Shown here one piece after another: positions 9,803 to 20,116 of a stretch of 64,000 nt of DNA. Positions within the stretch are counted from its first letter, which is position 1; each line of letters opens with the position of its first letter. A program made the translations under genes and the position numbers. Origin of the DNA: a virus (taxonomy: Duplodnaviria > Caudoviricetes); the IMG/VR virus record IMGVR_UViG_3300043013_000026, positions 32,001-96,000 of that record, one strand, 5' to 3'. The notes below the pieces were generated by a model. The model worked only from the letters and a program-made list of their open reading frames with translations, ran no database searches and had not been told where the DNA came from.

Positions 9803-12800
9803 ATGGGTACAATCGCAAAAGGTGAAATAACTCTTAATACGGTAAACGACGCTTATACAGTGGCGATTACCCCGGCGTCTTGTACCATTAATGCTGATTT
9901 CGATGGCTCGAACCCTAAGCTGGATAATGCTAAGGGTGTGATTACGGTTAAGCGTGGTTCAAAAGACCTTCTCTTTGGATTGGTTAACGTGACGACAAGC
10001 TCCTCAGATGTTTCAGTCTCGGTTTCTGCGTCAAGTGGCGTAGCAATTCAATTCCTTTTAAGCTCTATCTCTAACACAACTCTGTCAGGGTATGTGGATT
10101 TTGAGATTGTCGTTCTTGATAACACTAATTATCAAACCACTGTGCGTTTCTCGTTCTCAGTGATTCGTGAAGCAACAATGCTTGATTGGATTCAAGACTG
10201 GGAAGGCACTAAGACAAAAGTTGGTGGTACATACATTATGACCCCTAAGCTCTTTGTCGGCAAGAAGGAAGATGTCATCACTTATGTTGATGATGTTCCG
10301 ACATGGAAAGAAGGTGCGCTTACAGGCGTTTATATCGGTCCGGACCTTCTCAGTTCGGGCGAGAATAGCGTCGGCATTTATGGTTATCTAAAGGACAAGG
10401 AAATCTTTCATATTAACGCTGAAGGAGGCTTGATTGGTGGCTGGACTATTAATGAGACCGGTCTCCAGTCTTCTGACGGCGTGCTCAATATTTTAGCTGA
10501 AGGCTCGATTTATGCGCAAGATCCAAATTCATCAGACCCGTATTGGGGGCTTTATTCTGATGGTAGCGCGATTTTTGCTAAGGGTAACGTGTCTTTCAGC
10601 TCAAATGGCGATGCTTCATTTGCAGGCACTATTAGGGCTTCAGGCGGTAATATCGCTGGGTGGACTATCAATACTCGTCAGCTGTATAACAATAAGACTA
10701 TTATTGATTCAAACGGTTGGATTGGTATTGATGCGTCACTCTTTCAAAGCATAAACATAAAGACTGGTATTATTGACTTTCCGGAAACCCCAACCGGCGG
10801 TGTGAAAATGTGGTACACATCAACCTCAGATTTCGGCTTTGCAGGTTGGAGCGTATCTGGTAAGGTGTTCCAACTTGGCTCAACCAATATGATTGCCGGC
10901 TGGAACTTCAACACTGCTGCTATATGGACCGGAAGTGATGCCCCGTATCTTACACAAAACGCTTATGCGACCAATTCAGGAGAGTTGACATTAGCTCCCA
11001 ATGGATTGCGCTCTAATAAGTGGTACATTGACGCTGACGGTACTGCCGCTTTTGTAGGCGGTTCTGTTAGCTTTGGAACGGAGACTGCTGAGATGTTCGG
11101 GTGGCTGATGAGAGACGGAAGATTTTCATCCTCTCATGCCGCACTCATATCTCAGGATTCGTATTGCGGTTTGTTTGTGTCTCCAGCTGATTTGAGTGAG
11201 ATAAGTTCATCAGCGTTATTGACTACCATTAATCGTAATGGTGGCATTTACATATATTCTGACGGAGCAAACTCTATAATGAGGGCTTATGATAAGTCAG
11301 GAAATAAGAGCTTTTATCTCAGTACTGCCGGCTATAATTCAATCGCTGCATGGATATTTGATGATACCGCATTGTATGTTGGCTCATCAACGTTGGCAGA
11401 TGACGGATTTGCTCAAGCAAATTCTATGTTGCTGCTAAATAGTGGTATTTATGGACATTTATGGAAGCTTGTTAAAGATGGCTCTGGCGCTTTAGCCGGA
11501 GGTAAAATCAGTTGGGACACTGATGGCGCCGGCTATGTTGCTGGAGGTAATGTAAGCTGGGATGCGAGTGGTGCCGGTTCAATCGCTGGTGGAAAAATCA
11601 CTTGGGATGCAAATGGCGTGATGTCTTTTGACGACTCTGTTAAGTTGTTCTGGGAAGAAGGCATAACCGCTGCTCAGATGATGGCATTTGGCACTATGCT
11701 TTATCGTGATCCAGAATTTGCAAGTGGATATAACGATACAAAATCATACTTATATAGTCGTAACGTCAGCTTAACGGTTGGCGACTATTTGTCATTCCTT
11801 CAGACGAATGGCATCAAGCTTATTGGCTCAGCTCGAATTACTAAAATTCGCATTAAGGGTATTGATACTCCGCTATGGACCGGTTATCAATGGCTGTCTA
11901 ATTCTACGTCTATCCAGTTCGTAGAAGCTGATGCGTTGAGCGATTTAACTGCATCCTCAGTAATCGTGTTTGAAGGCGATGGAGAAGGAGGCACAATCAC
12001 TTTAACCGACGACAGCACGACTGATTATTGTTTGTATGACCCTGATGATTCAAGCGCAATAGGCACAGCCAGTGTTAATTTGACGAAAAGTATAGCCGAT
12101 GACGATACTGCCCCTAATGATAGTGGCAAAGTATTAAGCATGTCCGTTTCTCGCTGGCGTAATGCTTCAGATTTACGATTAGCGGGCTTTGCGTTTGCAA
12201 ATGACTCAAAAAAGAATGGTCAGTTTTTGGTGCGCATTGTGGCTAAGATCCCGGTTGGCTGGAAGATTAGTAATTTTCACAATGCCTATGGCGATGGAGG
12301 CACATCTAAGTGGCTCACGTCTCGTAGTGGCACTGGCGCATATACTGAATATCTTTGTCTTGTAACGTGCGGTGAGGATGGCACATTTAGCACCATTAAT
12401 CATTTTGCACTGGAGATTGATAACGATAGTGGCTATGCTGTGTATGGTGATGTAACAGATGGTTCTTTAGCTATCCGCATACGTAATGGTCTTACCCCCC
12501 CGCAATTAGTTCTATCAGTAACATGGAAGGTTGCAGTTGCTACGGTGTATGACGCCACATCCTCAGATAAGGTTACTACATATATTGATAAAAATGGTAT
12601 TTATACCGGAACACTGAGAGCTGACCAGATTGCTGCTGGTACGATTACGAGTGATTTGATTGATACAGATAGCTTAATCGTTAAGCATTTTTTTGCTGGC
12701 TATAGTGACGCTCAACACATTGAAATTGAGCCAGATAATAAACAGATAGCTATCTATGATGAAAACGGCATACTTGGAACTGCACTTTCAGGCAATACGT

Positions 12801-13996
12801 ATTCCGATGGCGCTGATGAAATTTACAAAAATAGCACAAAAGGTACAGTCGATTTAACCCCAACCGTTAGCGCTAACTCGATTCAAAAAGGAACGATTGA
12901 AAATGTTGGAACTGTTGGCGTTCAAAGAAAATTTGCATTGTATTCAACCGCATGGTACAGTGAAGACCCAGTACGCCTAACTTTTGATGCAGGTAAGGTT
13001 GTATTGCAGGTTTATTCAACAGGCTATAGCGAAACAGATAGTGGCACATCTTCTAACAACAGTAGCCAAGATATATTGCCGCCAACATTTGAAACGGCCA
13101 CAAAATCTTATGCTGAAGCGTATGTGTGCTTTTCACTTGAGGTTGCAGATGACGCTGATTTTACCACCAACGTTAAGTCGTATTATATATGGAGTAAATC
13201 AGCTTACGCATCATCGTCTCAAGCTGTTGTTACCAGTAGTGGGTCGCATCCGGCTATTTCGAGTAGCAATGTTGGCTCAGGCTCGTTAGCGTCTGATTCA
13301 CTAATGACTTCACGCACTGTGACATCACAAAGTAAAGGGTATCACAGAGTTGTGATGAGTGGTTATGTTGTCGCCAAAATGAGCGGTAGCTATGCCAAAA
13401 TCACTTGGGGAAGTTCATATTCCGGCGGCGCAAATTTGGCAGCTACATATCTAAATGAATTTTATATTAGCCGATACTTCGCAAATGGATTTTGCCTCGG
13501 TATTTCCGCTTCTCAGTACGTTTCCGTATGGAAAGATGCAAAAGATAAAATGCACTTTAAGGCAGAGGAATCCGGGTATGGCTTGATGCTTTCAGACCAA
13601 GGCCTGCAATATAAACATCATAGTGGTAGCTGGATGAAGATGCCGTTGCTTGTTTGGAAAGGGCAAATCACATGCAATTCATCAAGCAGCACATATTACG
13701 CAAGTAAGCATTTGTCTTTTAATGGACTGTCTATTACATCAGTTACAAGAAAGACAAATAGCGACGACTCAAATATTTCTAAGAATCACATCCATTTAGT
13801 ATGTGCTTTCCCTGATTCGTGGAGTACACTAAATCTGTCTGTTAGCAACACTATTGTTAATCTGACAGGATATGGCGATACGATGATGAAAGGAACATTA
13901 GTGTCGATGTCAAATACGTCGATGACAATAGAAATAAGCGATGATGCCTCTGCTAATGACGGAGATTTGTTAATTGAAATTTATACAATAAGCTAA
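9803..13996 (+). CDS. large tail fibre/spike-like structural protein
   Basis: 1397 aa, Gly/Ser-rich, repeated I(A/G)GW.I motifs and 15-aa tandem repeats (G.G..AGG.(I/V).WD). Confidence 0.7.
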   Translation: MGTIAKGEITLNTVNDAYTVAITPASCTINADFDGSNPKLDNAKGVITVKRGSKDLLFGLVNVTTSSSDVSVSVSASSGVAIQFLLSSISNTTLSGYVDFEIVVLDNTNYQTTVRFSFSVIREATMLDWIQDWEGTKTKVGGTYIMTPKLFVGKKEDVITYVDDVPTWKEGALTGVYIGPDLLSSGENSVGIYGYLKDKEIFHINAEGGLIGGWTINETGLQSSDGVLNILAEGSIYAQDPNSSDPYWGLYSDGSAIFAKGNVSFSSNGDASFAGTIRASGGNIAGWTINTRQLYNNKTIIDSNGWIGIDASLFQSINIKTGIIDFPETPTGGVKMWYTSTSDFGFAGWSVSGKVFQLGSTNMIAGWNFNTAAIWTGSDAPYLTQNAYATNSGELTLAPNGLRSNKWYIDADGTAAFVGGSVSFGTETAEMFGWLMRDGRFSSSHAALISQDSYCGLFVSPADLSEISSSALLTTINRNGGIYIYSDGANSIMRAYDKSGNKSFYLSTAGYNSIAAWIFDDTALYVGSSTLADDGFAQANSMLLLNSGIYGHLWKLVKDGSGALAGGKISWDTDGAGYVAGGNVSWDASGAGSIAGGKITWDANGVMSFDDSVKLFWEEGITAAQMMAFGTMLYRDPEFASGYNDTKSYLYSRNVSLTVGDYLSFLQTNGIKLIGSARITKIRIKGIDTPLWTGYQWLSNSTSIQFVEADALSDLTASSVIVFEGDGEGGTITLTDDSTTDYCLYDPDDSSAIGTASVNLTKSIADDDTAPNDSGKVLSMSVSRWRNASDLRLAGFAFANDSKKNGQFLVRIVAKIPVGWKISNFHNAYGDGGTSKWLTSRSGTGAYTEYLCLVTCGEDGTFSTINHFALEIDNDSGYAVYGDVTDGSLAIRIRNGLTPPQLVLSVTWKVAVATVYDATSSDKVTTYIDKNGIYTGTLRADQIAAGTITSDLIDTDSLIVKHFFAGYSDAQHIEIEPDNKQIAIYDENGILGTALSGNTYSDGADEIYKNSTKGTVDLTPTVSANSIQKGTIENVGTVGVQRKFALYSTAWYSEDPVRLTFDAGKVVLQVYSTGYSETDSGTSSNNSSQDILPPTFETATKSYAEAYVCFSLEVADDADFTTNVKSYYIWSKSAYASSSQAVVTSSGSHPAISSSNVGSGSLASDSLMTSRTVTSQSKGYHRVVMSGYVVAKMSGSYAKITWGSSYSGGANLAATYLNEFYISRYFANGFCLGISASQYVSVWKDAKDKMHFKAEESGYGLMLSDQGLQYKHHSGSWMKMPLLVWKGQITCNSSSSTYYASKHLSFNGLSITSVTRKTNSDDSNISKNHIHLVCAFPDSWSTLNLSVSNTIVNLTGYGDTMMKGTLVSMSNTSMTIEISDDASANDGDLLIEIYTIS

Positions 13997-14688
13997 TGCG
14001 TAAAGATATAGAATTACATATTCAAACAGGCGACGTTGCTCTTGACGCTCAGAATAAATTGAGACTGAGAACATTCAAGTGGGTTGATGACGACGAAACA
14101 GCCGCCATGTTATCTCGCTATATATATGGCGAGATAGACGTTCCGTATTCTGTAAGCACACGCACCATCCAGAATAATGGCTTATATTTTGAAGTGCCTT
14201 ATACCCCTAAATATAAGGAGTTCAAATTAAGGATACGCCGTGTATATGAAGACGGCACTTACGAATATTTGCAAAACGAGGTTGATGGCTCTCATTGGTT
14301 CTTAGCTCAAACGTCGCTGTATGGTACCGGCTTGAAGAATGTGTATGCGTCGATGTTGCCGGCAATCTCGGAAACGAGCTTTTATGCCTCTTTGCATGAT
14401 GGTATCGCTGAGATATATTCCAGCAGCCAATCCGATTTTAATATCGTCAAGGCAAATAGACAGAACGCTAACTGTTTACTTGCGTGTTTTCCAGGCGGTA
14501 ATTACCGATACCCATTAACAGGAGTCGGTTTGGCGCGTTGGATAAACTCTACCAATGTGATTTCTACGGACTTAACCACAGTGCTTCAGGACGAGTTTAG
14601 CGCTGATGGAGTGACAGTTAAGAACGCTGCATATAATTACGATACTCAACAAATGGAACTTGACTTGTCAGTTCAAGAAGACGATTAA
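13996..14688 (+). CDS. baseplate-region hypothetical protein
   Basis: Translationally coupled ORF in the tail operon. Confidence 0.6.
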   Translation: MRKDIELHIQTGDVALDAQNKLRLRTFKWVDDDETAAMLSRYIYGEIDVPYSVSTRTIQNNGLYFEVPYTPKYKEFKLRIRRVYEDGTYEYLQNEVDGSHWFLAQTSLYGTGLKNVYASMLPAISETSFYASLHDGIAEIYSSSQSDFNIVKANRQNANCLLACFPGGNYRYPLTGVGLARWINSTNVISTDLTTVLQDEFSADGVTVKNAAYNYDTQQMELDLSVQEDD

Positions 14689-14689
14689 T

Positions 14690-15586
14690 ATGGCTACATA
14701 TACAGTAAAACCTAATCAAAATTTGTACGATGTTGCATTATATTTATATGGCAGCATTGAAGGGCTGTTTGACCTATTGATCAGCAATGAAGATATTAAC
14801 ATGACCACTGATTTAGTATATGGTCAAGAATTGACGTATCACGAGGAGTTTATCTTGAACTCAACAATCGTGGGTGAGTTTGCTGATAAATCAATCGTTC
14901 CGGCTTCAGGCGCACGAAAGGTATATTTCAAGCGCCCTGAAGAAGACTTGATTATGATTGTCGGAGTTAATGCTGACATGACATACGCCACATTCAAGGC
15001 ATCAGGAGAAGGTTCTATGGTGATTGACTGGGGTGACAACTCGGAGCTTGAGACTATAACTCTTTCAACAAGTGTGCAAAAGGTTGAGCATTATTTTGAT
15101 AACGAAACTGAAAAGCGTAGAATCAGAATCTATGGCGATAACAGCACATTAAAATTCATCCAGCTTGACACAACAGGACTGGGTGGGGCTTTGGTAATGT
15201 GTCGGCCATTGACTGTTGACGAATACACTTGTGTTGGTTGTGGGTATGTACTAACAGGATTGACATTGTTTGACGGTACATATAAAGTTGATTTACATCG
15301 AAGTACAATCGCTAATCTGTTGCCTATTGGAGACATGGGACTTCAGGAACTTGATTTAACGGATGCTCGTTTCGTAAACGATAGCGCAATCGACGATTAT
15401 CTTGAGTATGTCGTTAAACATTATGAGGACCGCAGACCATGTACTGTGTATCTCACAACAGAGCCCGGAGCACGTGGATATGCGGCTATTGACACAATCT
15501 TAGGTGAACCTGAGTGGAACATCTCAGATACTTGGAAATTTTATATTAACAATCAATTATATCAATCAGATGGCACGAACTCTTAG
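14690..15586 (+). CDS. LysM-like N-terminal domain baseplate protein
   Basis: YTVKPNQNLYDVALYLYGSIEGLFDLLISN...L..GQ.L LysM/gpX-like pattern. Confidence 0.65.
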   Translation: MATYTVKPNQNLYDVALYLYGSIEGLFDLLISNEDINMTTDLVYGQELTYHEEFILNSTIVGEFADKSIVPASGARKVYFKRPEEDLIMIVGVNADMTYATFKASGEGSMVIDWGDNSELETITLSTSVQKVEHYFDNETEKRRIRIYGDNSTLKFIQLDTTGLGGALVMCRPLTVDEYTCVGCGYVLTGLTLFDGTYKVDLHRSTIANLLPIGDMGLQELDLTDARFVNDSAIDDYLEYVVKHYEDRRPCTVYLTTEPGARGYAAIDTILGEPEWNISDTWKFYINNQLYQSDGTNS

Positions 15587-16475
15587 TGAAATATATGCGG
15601 TAGCTAAAGCGCAACGTGATAGCTATTTGGAGCTGACAGAATTTGAAAACAGCTCTAAGATGTCGGTGCTGGACGCATTTACATGGGTCACTTCTGCTTG
15701 TATATGGACGTTTGAGAATGTCGTTGATGTGTTTAAGATTGACCTTGCAAAAGACCTTCAGAACCGCATTAACGGCACTCCGGCTTACTTCGCTAACGCA
15801 CTGCTGAAATATCAGTCAGGCGATGAATTGGTGATGAATGACGAGGGTACTTCTTTCTCGTATGCCAGTGTTGATACATCAAAACGTGTTATCACAAAGG
15901 TCGCATACTATGAGGAAGATGAAGCTGGATTTCACGATAAGCTCGTCAGATTTAAGATTGCAACCGGCGACCCCGGTTCGTACTCTCGAATTGACGATAG
16001 CGAACTTGTGTCTATCCGTGCTTATCTCAACCAAATCTTGTTTGCCGGTCAACACGCGAAAGTTGTAAGCCGCATTGGTGACATCTTGGTTCCAAGAGTA
16101 GTCGTGTACTATGATGGAGCGGTGACTGAAGACGACCTGTACACGAGCATTGAAACAGCTCTCAACGACTTCATCGCCAACATCGACTTTAACGGTGTGA
16201 TATACGCTCAGAAAGTGATTGACTGCATCCAAAATGTAGAGCACGTAACTGACGTATCAGTATCGTCTAAAGACACCGACTATCAAGGCATTTATATAGC
16301 CTCGTATGACGACGATAACAACCTCATCAAAACCAATGATGACCCGTTGGTGAAGATTGACCGTTACGTTGTTCCAAACTCAGGTTATATCAAACAAAGC
16401 TCCGGCACTGGCGAGGAAGTTGACATTCCTTTGTGGCGTGATACAATAATCCTTAAACTGGAAGATAACGTATGA
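15570..16475 (+). CDS. putative baseplate wedge (J-like) protein
   Basis: Position and ...IETALNDFIANIDFNG...VIDCIQNVEHVTDV pattern. Confidence 0.55.
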   Translation: MARTLSEIYAVAKAQRDSYLELTEFENSSKMSVLDAFTWVTSACIWTFENVVDVFKIDLAKDLQNRINGTPAYFANALLKYQSGDELVMNDEGTSFSYASVDTSKRVITKVAYYEEDEAGFHDKLVRFKIATGDPGSYSRIDDSELVSIRAYLNQILFAGQHAKVVSRIGDILVPRVVVYYDGAVTEDDLYTSIETALNDFIANIDFNGVIYAQKVIDCIQNVEHVTDVSVSSKDTDYQGIYIASYDDDNNLIKTNDDPLVKIDRYVVPNSGYIKQSSGTGEEVDIPLWRDTIILKLEDNV

Positions 16476-17002
16476 GGTACTTCATTAACTTCGATAAGAC
16501 AATAAATCAGCTTGTGCCCTACTACATGGGAGGGCGCAGACTGATTCTGTACTTACAGGCCCTCATGTATCCGTTACGACAGGTTAATGATGAGTTTGTA
16601 GAGTACGCTAAGGAAACCCGTATTGAGGCAGCTATGACCTCTCAGATATTCAAGTTTGAGTGGTATCTCAATCGAAAATTCAGTAAGTACTTCGCTAACG
16701 GTGGTCGTATAGCAATCACCAGCTCCGAGACTCTTGGCGTTCCTTTCTATCTGGAGTCTGCCAATATTGCTAATAGTGAAAACCCGGTTGTCCGCTTTAA
16801 GTCGGAAAACAATAATGCCAATCAGCTAATTCTCTATCGGAGCGATGAGCAAACCGGCAAAAGTAGTGTGAGCTTCATCGTCACTACTCCCAAAATTGAT
16901 ACGAAACTCATTAGTGAGCAAAAATATACCGCAATGCTGAAATATGTCATCGACAAGTATCGGCTTGCTAACAAAACATATATCATCAAATACGAATCGT
17001 AA
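16472..17002 (+). CDS. putative baseplate wedge (I-like) protein
   Basis: Coupled to the preceding gene; ends IDKYRLANKTYII. Confidence 0.5.
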   Translation: MRYFINFDKTINQLVPYYMGGRRLILYLQALMYPLRQVNDEFVEYAKETRIEAAMTSQIFKFEWYLNRKFSKYFANGGRIAITSSETLGVPFYLESANIANSENPVVRFKSENNNANQLILYRSDEQTGKSSVSFIVTTPKIDTKLISEQKYTAMLKYVIDKYRLANKTYIIKYES

Positions 17003-18765
17003 TGAAAGAATTTAGCGCAGAAACTGGTGGTCGCTATACTTACGCCGATGACATTGAGAACCTTCAGGAGCTGTCATTGGCTTTCGCCCAGATTTTCGAT
17101 GATTGTGACAACTTCATAGTTAGCGGCTGTGAAGTTTCTTCCGGCTCGATCAGCGCCGGCTATGTGTACCTTAACGGAAGGCTGCGCAAGTTCTCAGGCG
17201 CAACCGGTATCTCGTCATGGCCTCAGTACATATATGAACTCAATTCAACTGAGAGCGTGCCGTATGAAAGTGGCACGACTAAGGTCGGTCGTAACGTATA
17301 TGGCTGTGCGGTTGCCAAGTCCGTTCCTGTTACTAAAGACCCTCTTACCTCTAAAGTTCCTCAATCTATCTCTATTGCATCGACTGGTGGCAAGCGAATG
17401 AAGGATGCGTTCATTGGTAAATATGCGCTTCTGCTTAATCCTGCCAGTGACACTCAGACCGTAAACAGCGCTGTGAACTTTTCTAAGACGTTGCAAGCAC
17501 TGGGCAGCTTGGTGGCTAACAAGGATGTGAAGATTGTCAGTGGTTCTCTGACCACTACACTGAGTTATGACAGTTCAGCCTTCAATGTAATACTGTCAGG
17601 TGGCACGAATACATACAAATTCTCGTTGATTGACGGCACCGGTTTTGGTTTTTATGTAAACGGTAACTTGGTTGCAAAAATCAATGCGTCAGCCATCACT
17701 TTTAATCAGCCGGTTACAGCTTCCAAGGGTACTTTCGGTGGGCTTGTGATGCACGATAATTACCTGTATCAAGGCACTGCCAACGCCGAGAGCTCGTTGT
17801 ACATCAACTACTATGGTTACGGCAATAGTTCTTCATATTACCGCAACACTTATATTGGCAATGGCAAAGGCTCAATCCTGCTTGCTATCAATGGCGCATC
17901 AGGTTCTATCAGCGCAAATGGGCAAACTACTATAACCACAAATGAGGTAGATGCGCTCATTCTCAAGAATAAGACTTATTCTAAGAATAACGCAAGCCTT
18001 GTCAACGCTATCTCTTGGAAAGACAGCGCCGGTAGTGTTATGGCTCGTGCCGGTTTTACCAGCACCGCCGACCAGATTTTCCGTATCATTTGTTCTTCAT
18101 ACGATATTGAGGTTACAGCTGGTACGGCGGTCAACATTGGTCCGGCTATTAAAGAAGGCGGCGTTCTATTGTCTGAGAAGTATGTGCTTGTTTCAGATTT
18201 GGAAAGTGCTCTTGGCGGTAAAATCAATGTGTCAGACGTGTACTCCACTACACAAGCCGATGCAAAGTTTGCGACCAAGGCCGGCGGTCTCTCTCAGTTT
18301 GTAAACAGTACAAATACCGCTGCCGTGTGTCGCACTCAAATTGGAGCGGTCGGTTCATCAGAGCTTAGCAGTTATGCCAAACTGAGCAACTTCCTCTCTG
18401 ATATGGCTACGTCAGATGCCAACAAGAAGAAAATCCGCGATAACATTGGAGCTGCTGCTGTTGATGAGTTCCAGACTAAGCTAACAGACTCTGGTTGGAT
18501 TCTCGTTAAGGATTCTCTTTATGTGCGTCAGATTGGTAATATCGTCAGCGTACAGGGTACAGTAAAGACGGTTCACTCAGGTACAGTATTCACGATACCG
18601 AACTCTATCCAAGCTCCTACACACGCTGTTAAACATTGTATCTCTTTTGCCAACAACCGTAACTGGGTGTGCAAGATTGACGCAGGACAGAGAGCTTGTA
18701 CGGTTGTCTATTGTGACAGCAGTTGTAGCCGCAATACAGAATTTTCACTCTCATATATGATATAG
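17002..18765 (+). CDS. tail fibre-like structural protein
   Basis: 587 aa, follows baseplate genes; C-terminal DSGW...YVRQIGNIVSVQG fibre-type domain. Confidence 0.6.
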   Translation: MKEFSAETGGRYTYADDIENLQELSLAFAQIFDDCDNFIVSGCEVSSGSISAGYVYLNGRLRKFSGATGISSWPQYIYELNSTESVPYESGTTKVGRNVYGCAVAKSVPVTKDPLTSKVPQSISIASTGGKRMKDAFIGKYALLLNPASDTQTVNSAVNFSKTLQALGSLVANKDVKIVSGSLTTTLSYDSSAFNVILSGGTNTYKFSLIDGTGFGFYVNGNLVAKINASAITFNQPVTASKGTFGGLVMHDNYLYQGTANAESSLYINYYGYGNSSSYYRNTYIGNGKGSILLAINGASGSISANGQTTITTNEVDALILKNKTYSKNNASLVNAISWKDSAGSVMARAGFTSTADQIFRIICSSYDIEVTAGTAVNIGPAIKEGGVLLSEKYVLVSDLESALGGKINVSDVYSTTQADAKFATKAGGLSQFVNSTNTAAVCRTQIGAVGSSELSSYAKLSNFLSDMATSDANKKKIRDNIGAAAVDEFQTKLTDSGWILVKDSLYVRQIGNIVSVQGTVKTVHSGTVFTIPNSIQAPTHAVKHCISFANNRNWVCKIDAGQRACTVVYCDSSCSRNTEFSLSYMI

Positions 18766-18767
18766 CA

Positions 18768-18977
18768 ATGAAAAAGTACAATTCACCAGCGCAGGCCCGT
18801 AGCCTTCGCGAAATCGAAGCTGCTGCTTATGCGCCGGCTATCGAAAACATTCAAAACGTTACTTGCGATGTTCAACCCGTATGTACCGCCGAAGCGACAG
18901 AAGAAGCGGGGGCCGAAGCCCAAGCCGAAACCAAAGCCAAAAAAGCGCGGAGCAAAAAGAATACCGAGACGGTTTGA
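18768..18977 (+). CDS. hypothetical protein
   Basis: ATG 2 nt after previous stop; overlaps the next ORF. Confidence 0.45.
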   Translation: MKKYNSPAQARSLREIEAAAYAPAIENIQNVTCDVQPVCTAEATEEAGAEAQAETKAKKARSKKNTETV

Positions 18978-19272
18978 TGAAGTTCCGCTGGGCTATAATT
19001 TACGCTTAAAGGCACCATTAGAGTACGACCTCATATTACAAGTGGTCGGCCCTAATGGGAAGCCTGAAGCGGACTTAGTGGAAGCCATCAGTTATTGCTC
19101 AGCCAACCCATACTTCCGAACCGAACAATTCCGAAAGGCTCTGATAAAGTATCGTGAAAGGGGCTGTACGACAGACCATGTAAAGAAGCCGCCATCCCCA
19201 GCGACCATCGCCAGAGCCATCACAATAAGAAAAAATGGTCTAAAAAGACAGTTTTCAAATGAGTGCGAATGA
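18829..19272 (+). CDS. basic hypothetical protein (PK-repeat N-terminus)
   Basis: 147-aa ORF; start uncertain. Confidence 0.5.
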   Translation: MRRLSKTFKTLLAMFNPYVPPKRQKKRGPKPKPKPKPKKRGAKRIPRRFDEVPLGYNLRLKAPLEYDLILQVVGPNGKPEADLVEAISYCSANPYFRTEQFRKALIKYRERGCTTDHVKKPPSPATIARAITIRKNGLKRQFSNECE

Positions 19273-19387
19273 TTAAAAATTATTCGCACTTTTCTTTATA
19301 ATTTTGAAAATTATTTGTACCTTTACACCGTTTTTCAAATTGATATAGTACAGAATCCAGTAATAAACATTATGCAAATCCCTATAA

Positions 19388-20116
19388 ATGAAGGACTTTA
19401 CTGTGTCTGTACGCAAGCTTACAGACATTGAACTTTTAAGGGAAGCGTGCGAAACGACTTTCTTGGGAACGAGTCATGCGTCGTTAAGTTCTCTTTACAA
19501 GTCTGAACACTCCCCGGTGAGGACCCAACTCTTCTGGATCAGCCTTAAAAACATCCCGCTCTTTGTGAGCACTCATCTCCTTCGGCATCACGTTGGTTCT
19601 GTTCCATTCCAGCTATCTTGCCGAGATGACCGCAAAGGTGGCAACCCAGGTTTGCCCGGTCGAGTAGAGGAAATCAAAACACAGTTGCAATCTATTTTGG
19701 ACCATTTTTCAAAAGGAGGCAGCTACCACAACGGTATTCATACCGAAGCCGAAAACATTATCACAGAATTAGATTGGATTGCAGAAAACACAGACCGTCA
19801 AACTCCGGTGAACCTCAGTCTGTGTATCAATGCCCAATCCCTTATTGACATGGCGAAACTCCGTCTTTGTACTGGGTGCGCTTCAAAAGAAACAGTGATT
19901 GTCTTCCGCGCCATTAAAAATGAAATCGCAAAAATTGACCCTGAGTTAGCTGCTATGATGGTTCGCAAGTGTGTGTACCGCAATGGCCTGTGCGGAGAAC
20001 CACGCTGTTGTGGATTTAATCACACTTCAGAGTTCCAAGCTGAACTTGGAGATTACGTTTCTCACTTCTCAGAGAAACAAATAGGAATAAACCTCAAATC
20101 CGATACAACAAAATGA
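19388..20116 (+). CDS. thyX: FAD-dependent thymidylate synthase
   Basis: EHSP, STHLLRHHVGSVPFQLS (RHx-x7-S-like ThyX motif). Confidence 0.75.
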   Translation: MKDFTVSVRKLTDIELLREACETTFLGTSHASLSSLYKSEHSPVRTQLFWISLKNIPLFVSTHLLRHHVGSVPFQLSCRDDRKGGNPGLPGRVEEIKTQLQSILDHFSKGGSYHNGIHTEAENIITELDWIAENTDRQTPVNLSLCINAQSLIDMAKLRLCTGCASKETVIVFRAIKNEIAKIDPELAAMMVRKCVYRNGLCGEPRCCGFNHTSEFQAELGDYVSHFSEKQIGINLKSDTTK

